This document shows, piece after piece, positions 12,001 to 18,132 of a DNA stretch of 64,000 nucleotides. A program made the translations under genes and the position numbers. The stretch comes from an uncultured Clostridia bacterium (lineage in GTDB: Bacteria; Bacillota; Clostridia; Christensenellales; Borkfalkiaceae), in the NCBI GenBank assembly GCA_947627565.1, contig CANQWO010000005.1, positions 4,220-68,219 on the forward strand, written 5' to 3'. The notes under the pieces were generated by a model. It was not told the DNA's origin. It did not search any database and saw nothing but the letters and a program-made list of their open reading frames with translations. The first letter of the stretch is position 1; each line of letters opens with the position of its first letter.

Positions 12001-14897
12001 TTATAGCTCGGCGACTGTACACTCCACTTGAAAGTCTTCTCCTCATCTCCCGACGCCTCGATCGTGATCGGCTCATCTTTTTTGCCATACAGATAGCCCG
12101 TGATCTCCCAGGTGAGGTCGGTGGGAGAGGTTGCGGTTCCGAGCTTCGCCTCGGTCTTCGTCCTATCGTTGTCCCAAACTACGCCCTTTCCGTCTGTGGT
12201 GTCGTCGGAAGTGAAATACAGCCAAGGGTTGACCTTTTCGTGCTCATTGTAGTTGCTCGTAAAGTTGCCGCTGCCCGCCATGGTCACGCCGATCTGCGCG
12301 CCGATCCCGTTCCGGAAGAGCGGCCCGTCGATAATGATCGTCGCCCCGTTTTCAAGATAGACGTTGTTTGCAGAACCGTCTTCGGCAATTTCAGTCACGC
12401 TACCGCCATACGTTTTCCTTCCATCAACGTTACTCTTTACGTGCTTCCAAACGACGCCGCCGAGACGGTTATATTCCTTGTTAAAAGCGTCACCCAGCGA
12501 CCACATCGGATAATCGGGGGGCGTATTTGTCTTGCCATCGGGTTCCATTGTCCCAGGTGCATTGTGAACGCCGCCATGCGGACATTTCTCTCCTGGTTTT
12601 TCTGATGTTTTCGTATATCCGGACGTCAAACCATAGCTGTCACTCAGGGTCACATCGTATGTAGATTGATAGTCACCATTGCCATCTGTATTCCAGCCGC
12701 AAGCGCGAACCGGCTCTCCCTTGACGGTTAAGCGAAGAATATACGGAGCTCTTGTATCAAGGCCGTTACCTTTATCGCCCGTACCGCCCGCATTTGACGT
12801 TGTGTATGTTCCGCAATCGCCGTAGTTTTGTGTAACGATGAGTGAACCCGCAAACTTGAACTTTGATTTTGCGTGTACATAAATCCCGCCGCCGTTCGTA
12901 CCCGCAACGTTCTGCGTGATATTGACATTTTCGAGCAGTCCCTCACCGTTTTCGCCAATATAGACACCGCCGCCTTGATTGCCCGCTTGGTTGTGCGTGA
13001 TATAGCCGCCGTGCAGGTTGACATAGGCGTTGTCGCAGAGGAAGACCCCACCGCCCGCGTCGGCGGCACGGTTGTAGGAGATGACCCCGTCGTAGAAGGT
13101 GAACACCGAGCGCGATTTACTCGCAACATAGGTGGCGCCGCCACGTATTGTAGCATAGTTATTGATGAAATAGCCGTTATAGACGAGCACCGCCGCGCGC
13201 GATAACGCATAAAAGGCGCCGCCGTACTGCGCCTGATTGTCCTTAAACGTGCCGCTGTGGACGATGAGCTCGCCGCTCGGGTTGACGTGCACGGCGCCGC
13301 CCTTGCCCTCGTTGGAATTATAGCCGAAAGTGGCGCCGTTTTCGACGCCCAAGTCGTTATCCATGTAGACGTAATATCTTTCGTTGGTACAGCCGCCCGA
13401 GATCGTGCCCTTGTGGTTGGTCTCATAGTGCGTGACCGTTTTATCTACCGTTTCCGCAAGGTCTACATTTTTGTTGTCCTTATTGAGTTTGGTGATACGG
13501 CCGTCGGAGGCGCGCTCGTAAGCGGAGCTATCCACGATCTCGAGGCGGGCCTTGGGCTGCACCGTCATGACGCTCCCGTAATAGCAGAGCTCGTTGCCGT
13601 AGAGGTTGCCGCCGTCGCGGGCGCCGAGCAGCGTCCCGTCGTAGATTTGGACGAGCTTGTTGAGCTCATCCATCGCGCCGAGGTTGTATTCATACTTGCT
13701 CTTTAAGATGCTGCCGTGATAGGAGATCTCTTCGTTGTTCTCCTCGGTGAGACCGCGCGAAATGGTGTGGCCGTTGAGGTCGAGCACGATATAGGCGCCC
13801 GTCGGCACGTTGATGCGCCCGTAGGAGAAGGGCGAGGAGATATTGAAGCCCACTTGGCCTTCCGCGTTGGCCGTTTGATCGGCCATGGTGGCAAGATCAT
13901 AGGAGGCATAGTAGCCCTTATCGTTGGTGTAGCCGTCGCCGTTTCCGGTGAATTTGCTCAATTGCCGATCGTTTGCTGTTCCGTTTTCGCCGGGCACTTG
14001 GAATACCTGCTCGCTCTCGCTGTAATCTTCGCGAATATCTTTGCGGGAAGTATCTTCTTCTGCCCAGTTGTTCGTTCCCAACCAGTAGCTCTCAAAAGTT
14101 TTATAGTCCTTCGCCCAGTTAAAGGTGGTGATCCAACGCTTATCATGCGTGATTACTTGATCTTTCGGAGCCGTTTTAACATTGCCGAGGGCAAAGGCAA
14201 TGTTTGTCTCAATGTCCTTGGCATACCAGTCGCAATTGAGCTTGACGGTGATATACTGCCCCTTGTAGCTCGTTTGCTTGCTACCATTGACATTTTCTAC
14301 GGTATATGAGTCGGCAAAATAGTTGCCGCGCGCAATTCCGCCACCGGGGATCTTTTGCACCTCCCCGCTGATAGGATCTTTGGATTGATCCACTGTGGTC
14401 TTATAGGGAGAATCCTCGCTTTGGCCGAGGGCATATTCCACCGCCTCCGTCCAGACTTTAGCCGCCTCCTCGGGCGAATTGATGATGAAAACTTTATCCG
14501 TGGTGCCCTCTTTGGAAGAGGACGCCTGTACAAGTTTGTGGGGGCGCGCCGAGTTCTGTTTGATCTCCTGTCCATTCTCTTCCACGGTAACATTATCGAG
14601 GCCGAGCTGGGCATACCAACCGGCATAACCGCCCGTGGTATCGTTTTTTGTCACGGGGCTGGAACCGAAACCGTAGTACCATTCACTATGTTTCCCGATA
14701 TTGGAGTTGATCAGGGGATTTGCAGTATCATCTGCATAAGACGTGATCGCCGACGTGAGCGGACAAATCAAAAATAAGCCGACCGCAAGACAGACGGCAA
14801 ATGCCGGGGTGAACAGCCCCAGGAGCCACCGGCGCACCCGCGCAAAGGCCTTCGATTTTCCGTGATGTAACCGAATATATCCTTCCATATATTCCAT
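1..14897 (-). CDS. Giant cell-surface repeat protein (adhesin-like). The 5' end is in the window and the gene runs past position 1, with at least 4,965 codons visible.
   Basis: The gene is missing from the ORF track because there is no stop codon in the window. The minus-strand frame with codon first positions = 2 mod 3 is open from ATG 14897 to position 1 (alternative ATG 14888; GGAGG at 14900-14904). None of the roughly 30 listed minus-strand ORFs in 1-14897 lies in that frame. Hand translation is protein-like at both ends: N-terminus MEYMEGYIRLHHGKSKAFARVRRWLLGLFTPAFAVCLAVGLFLICPLTSAITSYA (signal/anchor), and window edge ...IAPMEAEYGEYDYIELALGE. GGAVHV/GGAFYA/GGATYV/GGGVFL/GGGVYI/GGGIYV parallel beta-helix (PbH1/Pmp-like) repeats lie at about 12830-13315. 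More than 25 Ig-like repeats follow (F.ITPA.I ... NAG.Y.V). MBG (YGX-type)-like units (VYGE, YYGD, VYGT) lie at about 850-2650. Confidence 0.9.
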   Translation of the reverse strand, partial: MEYMEGYIRLHHGKSKAFARVRRWLLGLFTPAFAVCLAVGLFLICPLTSAITSYADDTANPLINSNIGKHSEWYYGFGSSPVTKNDTTGGYAGWYAQLGLDNVTVEENGQEIKQNSARPHKLVQASSSKEGTTDKVFIINSPEEAAKVWTEAVEYALGQSEDSPYKTTVDQSKDPISGEVQKIPGGGIARGNYFADSYTVENVNGSKQTSYKGQYITVKLNCDWYAKDIETNIAFALGNVKTAPKDQVITHDKRWITTFNWAKDYKTFESYWLGTNNWAEEDTSRKDIREDYSESEQVFQVPGENGTANDRQLSKFTGNGDGYTNDKGYYASYDLATMADQTANAEGQVGFNISSPFSYGRINVPTGAYIVLDLNGHTISRGLTEENNEEISYHGSILKSKYEYNLGAMDELNKLVQIYDGTLLGARDGGNLYGNELCYYGSVMTVQPKARLEIVDSSAYERASDGRITKLNKDNKNVDLAETVDKTVTHYETNHKGTISGGCTNERYYVYMDNDLGVENGATFGYNSNEGKGGAVHVNPSGELIVHSGTFKDNQAQYGGAFYALSRAAVLVYNGYFINNYATIRGGATYVASKSRSVFTFYDGVISYNRAADAGGGVFLCDNAYVNLHGGYITHNQAGNQGGGVYIGENGEGLLENVNITQNVAGTNGGGIYVHAKSKFKFAGSLIVTQNYGDCGTYTTSNAGGTGDKGNGLDTRAPYILRLTVKGEPVRACGWNTDGNGDYQSTYDVTLSDSYGLTSGYTKTSEKPGEKCPHGGVHNAPGTMEPDGKTNTPPDYPMWSLGDAFNKEYNRLGGVVWKHVKSNVDGRKTYGGSVTEIAEDGSANNVYLENGATIIIDGPLFRNGIGAQIGVTMAGSGNFTSNYNEHEKVNPWLYFTSDDTTDGKGVVWDNDRTKTEAKLGTATSPTDLTWEITGYLYGKKDEPITIEASGDEEKTFKWSVQSPSYNPKGSNPDAEINSFKWTGKTMLFDHKMFEVTKVVAKAGGETKATWTIDKLKATEDDGSSHTAGVDYTLHYLLAAQGEENEATDGRLVYAGDYSFRVIDKNATVYSNATFTIHINQLGVGVSAYEVKNGETTWKDKENIFKDNATPGEDKIKEYLAGALYYRGTAYDFVLDSRFITTEGPDKGKVKDSAGNVSAEKFTGAVMKFTYANKDFFGADVEIDFGKVDFDLEYYWRELGDSTQKELEKTNYFLHAGFYEVRGAHEVVGKGPAPSVDYMKNNIAFQSEMHLPIQRVSVSVWLEDNATVREIDEKKVYGYTFKDGVYTTKQILYFNNNDEAGNDPELDKNVVVNYYTFDYYVAHSDNLDVNEAVGIKDNSDGTERWGVKDAGKYVVHVSLNTKMWNENAPDKDNPFTERGKPYNDYIFTSKDLQRMAEKVTKDEQGRDVAYEFAYYFFISPVEIEHWTNEQVPEEGQGSINLDDRTYDATNAEPNITGRYSAGGANRGLYNYPEMPDEKVVQVRYLSKKDHPANADGSAPDDIKVTADGIEQPDNSKWAIWETETKYEGTDENGNPILKSKFQPIDAGEYWILVYFRGVMPIEGNEGAEASATKYVPVTNFKGVYIGTYTIKPVEITVSGSLSYTYDGSSFERARYLPPRVGQGDDDAWYESIFFLVQDNITTPNELITNQHAVSYTTEEYAPYAGATETKARTLRDLWGGNNIYYDAAFYKGRYTLGNVSVTYSSEEFKQHDISLGIGLYSFNTGKADVGTYHLSTVEYDKKGNTKDDDDGGTTTAPSEGVTWLISYEQADGKQVQKFNTDLNFKITSESWFNVTVDQKDLSELYGDITKVGEKDYHHYADTSGSGTTITSDGKTENSYPFAGTAWKYEPDVTINYQPVSKAKTVVTTTVADWTREHGSAPTPETREVKSFACGRNGVICNITTTIEVDDENVTTTTETTFYYPSATGRLTLTTGKDYSIQYTNNTNATTDALITLQGTGNYKNSLQLIFKITPARIYIDYDGIPAQYDANPHAVTVTYENIETYSDEITAFIKPTRAGSVDTWRDEPVPNASALYVRYAKCTATDSSSTFGNYDDNAPVDAGLYSVQVTLGNNDFQFVGEKVGAESPFTPGAAGEDGYVHQATGTHTVIPAVVTFAVTNSGGDTIYNRAQHAAALSFTNATYQWLETNSYTVPSSLKYVVPEASNYTVSYEPANGEEATNAPVDANTYKLTVELTSGNYCFAVTVLTGTTGKQEGYSCVGSATSGTAQSYTYNFMATKGSETESTEISDSFTPGAFVINKATITLDRFADSVYNRTAQPQTPAFSNTQSNNEAVPTLKDGNNVGVEVEANEYTITYKDENIISKTDSCINSVPYHSELYSIKIELIEAGAKNFEFRTKPIPAPSFTRKNITAAENLLMQRYGEKGKEKDSSVITAPFLINPAQITFSLAESSFNYNAEEHKPTIENGGINLTNTQNEGVLPTLATGEAPTCTEVAVSYSYSGWAKDHAGFTNVGNYTVTLTLPETGDFQFADGNYTISREYTIVALDISLAENFSAVEFTQDKEHQDYNVAAYHYTGKEIQPEITIKLIAKSNDISKYNNITLKTTDESNIGLRVAYTDNVNAGPATATLTGINNFTGTRVETFYVLPAIVSITASDGNSHSETFNPNAKTFDNGSLAFSYNKTAQVLTHTFKNLCTTEGNEDTAPLPNNADYVVEYYNATDWDSENNKPKKNATPLANGVVDAGEYFVWFHFVSGGKHFSNFVFYKEDPKATDINGMFDKNEPFLFSYKFKVVVTPAEIQLHLPDPFKGKNEKGADCFINSFVYDRTNRRTALSNVIITNDDNILPSSATDYTVTFKGADEAGALSDVTNVGTYYLVFKLSAANNFNVTGIYAGSDKTVALESVDKDGKGYCGSMEDFSVMFTITPARIEVYLSEDFRSGTNFINSFYYNKTEWVTTLGSVQFKNELRNGIIPQSGEYSRSFKSVVEEKESIVTSVKNVGSYKLVISLTGEVSKNFVIIAVYAGIPDVEGSTPVKLKNDSATGYEKLDSGDDMRSLSVAFTITPAQIDLYLNAFLNGEAFTNQFVYDGTDQSIKLGSIELKNDANIIPASQAYTVTFFYDYDGHRDETENVGIYDVGKYTLLFQFTDEAGKNYVLRDIYAGSTTGSNISLKDKDDKGNVQYRGKTDYKVYVDFEVTPAKINVFFSASDLKGNGEFVNEFYYNRGDWTARFGSIYLVAEKGAVPQGSQFSIEYYSLTLVDGTQKWTDSPVTTIVDVGRYAVTFRLSNELTNHYPDAKHYKNYTIVNVYAGGSTEGDSVKLDPTVAPNKDGYRTSSDPKNDVYITLVFDIMPNVVQLSEVSDVIFNDDAQDAGFSFTFADKQGAVLPELGSSDFSSLVYTIDATNKTGNERLKNGKPYFAGAYTVTMGLSNNFVFETKDGTRSATKNFRVTPVVLSAYLGDKDGSEIKEGNSLTYDRQSHEYKIYTRSTAAAVELKEDANVHHKEDANVHQVQTAAYNGWNGTTIDKSEGYKNAGAYTVTLTFYILGTEIPGGNFSFGNNNYTMSITYTIQQRTITDDDVYGIENNEHKVYNGKPQTNGIVVRMALVEGAEKTELKQYDAELKKGDYSISNTSDINVGYVTNIVTGMQNFQGTVNLSYYIDPANVTAVIDKTSLPYNAQDQSRSFTFVNVSNTGVLPAYNPSESVSDYIVTYALGGTAIDKLPHNAGVYTVTVKLQNSTGIEGNQPNFKFAEDLNGWVDDYTATFTFEITKAKIYLDVISDASYTGDPLPAKIGFVNAVNATVLPEHDTVITYDGLNTAPTHVKTNGNRTPIPYLVKVTLTDLDLDNFAFVAHEDSKTYSFDKVGGTWGQEAYKITPALITGSLSVTIDDVAKDTTSNVYDAKKHVLDVVFRNFEAGINVLPVGKKGDAAINGLAATYNVTADDETLLYTLKVTFTPNYAGFNTMPFDGIPENAGAYAVAVKLVSADFSFAQNTAEAEWTYTITNAPIGAAESLGTASEGSTTFVSKKKYVYVPNQTNDITVTAEDFVFIDKADGFNAENATFTYTSCAGLGDYVPLTNGNGLTIGYTLTGAGDYVISITVDAPNHERLAIKLKVTVDATQITLKVQDAHFNAVYGETEAYSPENVLATVLQFIRDGKILVEGISGDAAKQAEALQQYGFGIRILTDSGDYSGAHLLKAGGYGLEIDAMKVSGFSGGSFVVFKGVEGDSTKYEGTVFTVTPLAIEVATKDGIQDLRYNGNSLVNEAASYVYISNLFDGDNVFFASVQQHFSEGGNFNNGSVFDITDVVDVGNYWVHVFSGEGTNGLLGSDCGNYMIETKDENSQTIRYAGENGVYVAFEIKRRTVELALAESSSVYGDDAAVYGEEGAKAFSFSYVDNVLTNDFGSGDKAEQLRKFVLGLLALFNGDGTAKLDRSTTPYPGAGSYIVKLDSEAGTTAEGLADWALGDGKFCFDKNYILHIDGAQSGKHTVTKRAMRVTLHDYSSYYGDDLKEEGFEGSEGAWGFTAQKDQFVGDDSEKDLGIVITRDGTAFTNQGTFSGHWWSAMTYVGGLTAVYSSDNYDVTFVEGSGNYIILPRPIIVLIGSQTSVYGEPILKDLSGLPNNWEVYGTTGAENMGYAGGESRATLKITLTVDGVINQNAAAGVYPDVIKGSCGNSNYAVTFRNWVTEDGKNEPGEHDGGDYVITKRSVAIRIGTAEAVYGTDGLHVGAQINLTAPIYSGESKQPTNAAQAQWTYDFDKADYTILQEHLGYLTFYLGKAEPANPETLYAQAGKHAIVGRWGLNYDDAMIFMKSYDVKFYGAWESEKGDPNNGTAGTYTIKPADIMQRPDSNWTKSCVYRMWPEDGDKSPDTGWYAMEILADYLVYAGDYASASHGKLTFSAERSDETKLVYLVEVDGVVRATITYSKPTNTTEVRQEVENVGNLWTIHSVGIWEMEITVEADNHNTATFTLTYYINSVTAKVMLNTSIAPMEAEYGEYDYIELALG
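4491..4538 (-). repeat. In-frame 24-nt tandem duplication inside the giant gene
   Basis: There are two adjacent copies, atggacgttcgcgtcctccttgtg and atggacgttcgcgtcctccttgag. They duplicate the peptide KEDANVH in the minus-strand protein. Confidence 0.9.
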
Positions 14898-15139
14898 GTC
14901 CTCCGTTCCGATCCTATTTATCGGGTTCGATCGGTTCGATCGCTTTGGATCATTTGATTTCTTTCATCCAATCGGATAAGAGTTTTCCTTTCCCGTGCGG
15001 AACGCACGGGAAAGGGGGCATGCCCCCTTTTGGCCGAGTGTCGGTTGTGAAACCCCACCCCTCTTTGCGGAAAGACGATCTTTCGCTATCCTCCGCAGGG
15101 CGGAGCACACAGACTCCGACATTAGATAATATTATATCA
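14898..15139 (-). promoter_or_regulatory. Long structured 5' leader of the giant gene (candidate cis-regulatory RNA or attenuator, class unassigned)
   Basis: About 230 nt separate the predicted promoter from the start codon. The minus-strand RNA can form a closing helix (GUCGG..UGUG with CACA.CCGAC) around two hairpins, CUCCGC-CCU-GCGGAG and GCGAAAGA-UCG-UCUUUCCGC. A G-rich segment (GAGGGGUGGGG) follows, then two tandem GC hairpins: GGGGGCAUGCCCCC+UUU and CCCGUGCG-UUC-CGCACGGG. Confidence 0.4.
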
Positions 15140-15145
15140 GATATT

Positions 15146-15174
15146 ATTTTATTTCGCTTGAAGCAATTTGTCAA
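15146..15174 (-). promoter_or_regulatory. Sigma-70-type promoter of the giant gene
   Basis: On the minus strand: TTGACA (15169-15174), 17 nt, TAAAAT (15146-15151). An extended -10 (TGATATAAT) lies just downstream. The -35 sits inside the palindrome AATTTGTC-N10-GACAAATT (15165-15190). Confidence 0.55.
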
Positions 15175-15259
15175 CATATTTCGACAAATTTTTTATAGAA
15201 ACTTAAATTTTATAAAGTTCTCACTGAAAAAGAATGAAAATTACAATAATTATCTTTTA

Positions 15260-15268
15260 CCCCCCCCC
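15260..15268. repeat. Homopolymeric C9 (G9 on the coding strand) tract upstream of the giant-gene promoter
   Basis: Read directly: tac + cccccccc + tcg. It lies between the GH51 terminator and the promoter. Confidence 0.95.
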
Positions 15269-15316
15269 TCGTGAACGAAACTCACATTCATTTGTGTAAA
15301 ATTTGACAATTCGCCC

Positions 15317-15356
15317 AAAAAAATCCGACGGCATACATTTCTGCCGTCGGATTTTT
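15317..15356 (-). terminator. Rho-independent terminator of the GH51 gene
   Basis: Stem AAATCCGACGGCA...TGCCGTCGGATTT flanked by A/T runs, immediately after the stop at 15374. Confidence 0.7.
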
Positions 15357-15373
15357 GAATGATTCCGAATCAT

Positions 15374-17977
15374 TCATTCGATCACAAACACGTTGACGCT
15401 GTTGTTTTTCACGGTTGCCCTGAGCGTATCTCCGTCCAGCGGCAGCTCCGAAACGACGGGTTCGATATGGACCGTCTTCCCGGATTTTACGCCGATCTCG
15501 TTGATGACCGTCACGTCCTCATGCCACAAAGTGGTGACGGTCGCCTTCTGTTTTTTGCCGAATCCGGAAAGTTTTGCCGATAGCGTCTCGTCTTTCCCGG
15601 AGACATTCACAACTTTCAGATAGATCTTGCCGTCCGTTCCGACGGTCGCGCTTTCAAAGACGCGCTCGTTGACTTTCCAAATATTCTTGAAAAGCACCTC
15701 ATGCCATGCCCCGTCTTTATAGATGGAGGCGGTGAACGTCTTCTCGGTATATTCAAGCCGCATCACGTTGCCCTCCGGGGAATAGCCGAGAAATTTATCC
15801 TTCCCCATCATTTCACAGACGGTGCGCATGAAGTCTACGCGTTTATCGAATGAGACGTCATATCCCTTATGATTTTTCCCGTACTGACAGCTTATGGAGA
15901 AGCCCGCGCAGTCCATCGTCCCCGCGTCGCGCACGTCCTTCACGCCGACCCCCGCGATAAAGCTCTGTTCGCCCGAGAGACGGCGGAACGCGATCTCGAC
16001 GTTGCAGTTTGAAAAGTCTTGGGCGTCGTAGTAATATCCGTTGAAGGCGTCGCTCTCTTCTATGATGAGCGCATCGCCCTCGAGATGTCCTCCGCGGCAA
16101 TTCGGATAGACTTTCCATGCCCCGAGCCCGTTCTTGAAATCATGCTCATAGAGCAGTTTTCCGGTCTCCCTGTCGCGGACCGTGACCTTTGTAACGGCGC
16201 TTGCCGTCCGATGGCCGCCGATGAGGAGCCCGCCCGCATTGCTGTTGTCGACGGGGGCGACGTCCGTGAGCGCATAGGCGCCCGTGTTGGCGGCAAACAT
16301 CTGTTGGACGTAGTAATTGGGCGTCAACATGACGTCGCGCGCATTGAACCAGATCATATTGGGCGTCCAGCGATAATTATAGGTGGAGGCGAAGAGCGGC
16401 GCATAGCACGTCATTTTGACCACGTCGGAGTTGCGCTCGCAGCCCGTGAGGAATGCGGCCTCCGCAAGTGCCGATTTTAAGTTGTTGTCGCCGTTGAGAC
16501 GTCCGCGCCCGTCCGACATCGTATGCATGGCGTATTCGCCCATAAACACTTTGGCGCCGTCCCGATCGTAGCAATCATAACGCTTGGTGTTGTCGATAAA
16601 CCACTGATAGGAATTGTAGACGTGCTCATCCACGACCATGTCGCGATACTTCTCGTTGATCACCTTCCAGCTCTCGTTGGAATCGGAGGGCCGGATATCC
16701 ACACCGCAAGTCGTGACGACCGTGATGTTGAAATGTTTCAGGAGGTCGGTCATGCGGCCCTTATACATATATTGACGCACGCCGAGAAGGCAGGCGGCAA
16801 AGTTATCGAAGTATTCATACCCCCAGTTCTCATTGCCGATGCCGACATATTTCAAATCAAACGGAGCCGGGTGCCCCATATCCGACCGGATTTTTGCCCA
16901 ATAGGCCTCATTCCGGTCCGTGGAGGCAATGTCTCCCTTGGCGAAGTAGATCAAATCGGCGACATTGTCGATGACCTCTTCCTGGAACTGTTTGGTCCCC
17001 GGGACAATGCGCTGATAGCCCGTTTGTCGCTGTTCGCCCATGCGGATCTGGCAGAGGAGCCCGCAGTGGAGAACGGGAAGCGGCGTAGCGCCGATGTCTT
17101 CGCAGAGCGCAAAGTATTCGTAGAAGCCGATGCCGTAGGACTGCATATACCGCCAAACATTGGGAATCTGCTTCCTTTGCTCGAGCGGGCCGACGGTGTT
17201 GCGCCACTTATATTGATAATTGAACGCAACGTCGCCCTCCACAACGCATCCGCCGGGGAAACGCATGAACGACGGATGGCAATCCTTCAGGACTTGGACG
17301 ATGCGGGGAGAAAGTTTTCCGTTTCTGTATTTATCGGGATCCCCCCAAACGTTTGCGGGAAGCAGAGAGACATAATCGATCCCCACCTTGCCGTTGCCCT
17401 CGAGCGTGATGCAGAGGCGCCCCATAAAGTCCTTCTCGGCGACGACGGAAGTGCGCACTTTGATCCAATCCCCGTCCGTTCCCGCGGGGATCGCGATCTC
17501 GCCGATAGAAGTGTGGCGGCCGTGCGCGCCGCGGAGAAAGATCTTGGCGACGCCCTTAAACCCAAGGCGCTTGATCCACATCGAAAAATGATAGGTCTCC
17601 CCGCGCGTGACCGGCATGCCATAGATATCATAACCGCCGTTCGTATAATAGCCGGGATTCTCCAAGTGATAAACGCCGCCCACATCGAGAGAGAGCCAGG
17701 AGGGATTGTTGGCGTTCATTCCCCCCTTTTTTACGATTCTCTTGGGCCCGGCCCCGTAAATATCCCAGTAGAACCCATTTGCCTTTCTGGATTCCACCGT
17801 GCTTTCGCAATTATAGTCGTCGTAGGAAAAATATTCGAACTCGAACGAATTATTGATCACCATCTCGGCGTTGAGTCCGCCGTCGGCGGCCTGGTTGATA
17901 TCTTCAAAGAACAACCCGTAGAGATGTTCGGAAATATCCACGCCACGTTTTTTGGCATCCAGTTGATAGTTCAGCAT
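15374..17977 (-). CDS. Alpha-L-arabinofuranosidase, GH51 family (long form with extra C-terminal beta-sandwich domains)
   Basis: The start is reset to ATG 17977 (MLNYQLDAKKRG), preceded by GGAGGGTGGGGG. The track's start at 18121 runs into the promoter. Motifs: LYGLFFEDINQAADGGLNAEMVINNSFE, IGNENWG (acid/base region) and VVDEHVY. Confidence 0.8.
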   Translation of the reverse strand: MLNYQLDAKKRGVDISEHLYGLFFEDINQAADGGLNAEMVINNSFEFEYFSYDDYNCESTVESRKANGFYWDIYGAGPKRIVKKGGMNANNPSWLSLDVGGVYHLENPGYYTNGGYDIYGMPVTRGETYHFSMWIKRLGFKGVAKIFLRGAHGRHTSIGEIAIPAGTDGDWIKVRTSVVAEKDFMGRLCITLEGNGKVGIDYVSLLPANVWGDPDKYRNGKLSPRIVQVLKDCHPSFMRFPGGCVVEGDVAFNYQYKWRNTVGPLEQRKQIPNVWRYMQSYGIGFYEYFALCEDIGATPLPVLHCGLLCQIRMGEQRQTGYQRIVPGTKQFQEEVIDNVADLIYFAKGDIASTDRNEAYWAKIRSDMGHPAPFDLKYVGIGNENWGYEYFDNFAACLLGVRQYMYKGRMTDLLKHFNITVVTTCGVDIRPSDSNESWKVINEKYRDMVVDEHVYNSYQWFIDNTKRYDCYDRDGAKVFMGEYAMHTMSDGRGRLNGDNNLKSALAEAAFLTGCERNSDVVKMTCYAPLFASTYNYRWTPNMIWFNARDVMLTPNYYVQQMFAANTGAYALTDVAPVDNSNAGGLLIGGHRTASAVTKVTVRDRETGKLLYEHDFKNGLGAWKVYPNCRGGHLEGDALIIEESDAFNGYYYDAQDFSNCNVEIAFRRLSGEQSFIAGVGVKDVRDAGTMDCAGFSISCQYGKNHKGYDVSFDKRVDFMRTVCEMMGKDKFLGYSPEGNVMRLEYTEKTFTASIYKDGAWHEVLFKNIWKVNERVFESATVGTDGKIYLKVVNVSGKDETLSAKLSGFGKKQKATVTTLWHEDVTVINEIGVKSGKTVHIEPVVSELPLDGDTLRATVKNNSVNVFVIE

Positions 17978-18023
17978 GATATACCCCCACCCTCCACCTT
18001 TCGGTGGCAATTTTCTTACCCAT

Positions 18024-18052
18024 ATTTTAACAACGAAAACTATATTTGTCAA
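18024..18052 (-). promoter_or_regulatory. Promoter of the GH51 gene
   Basis: On the minus strand: TTGACA (18047-18052), 17 nt, TAAAAT (18024-18029). Confidence 0.55.
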
Positions 18053-18132
18053 CATTTTGGTAAAATATTTTATCTCGATTTGAAAGATTTTTTTGGGGAA
18101 AGATTTTCGCCCGGTGCGCATACTTTAATAAA

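Noticed and set aside
14923-14942. Tandem ggttcgatc-ggttcgatc repeat just upstream of the giant-gene RBS, and the palindrome GAATGATTC-C-GAATCATTC at 15356-15374.
   Set aside because: Both are very short (9 nt) and have no independent support. The palindrome is probably part of the GH51 3' end or terminator context.
14898-15139. Assignment of the giant-gene leader to the c-di-GMP-I or c-di-GMP-II riboswitch classes.
   Set aside because: Only short similarities were seen (CCGCAAAG versus ACGCAAAGCC, and CACAACCGAC versus GCAACCGACC). The remaining conserved junction nucleotides and the tetraloop-receptor or pseudoknot features could not be matched by eye. The leader is kept only as an unclassified structured RNA.
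17978-18121. N-terminal extensions offered by the track for real genes: 15374-18121, 19531-21150, 56109-58136, 60947-62953, 43013-44554, 46924-48909, 59113-60723 and 35551-37737.
   Set aside because: The extensions run through promoters, terminators or the preceding gene and encode R/S/K-rich junk. Internal starts with AGGAGG-type RBSs and proper N-termini (signal peptides or family N-termini) were chosen instead.
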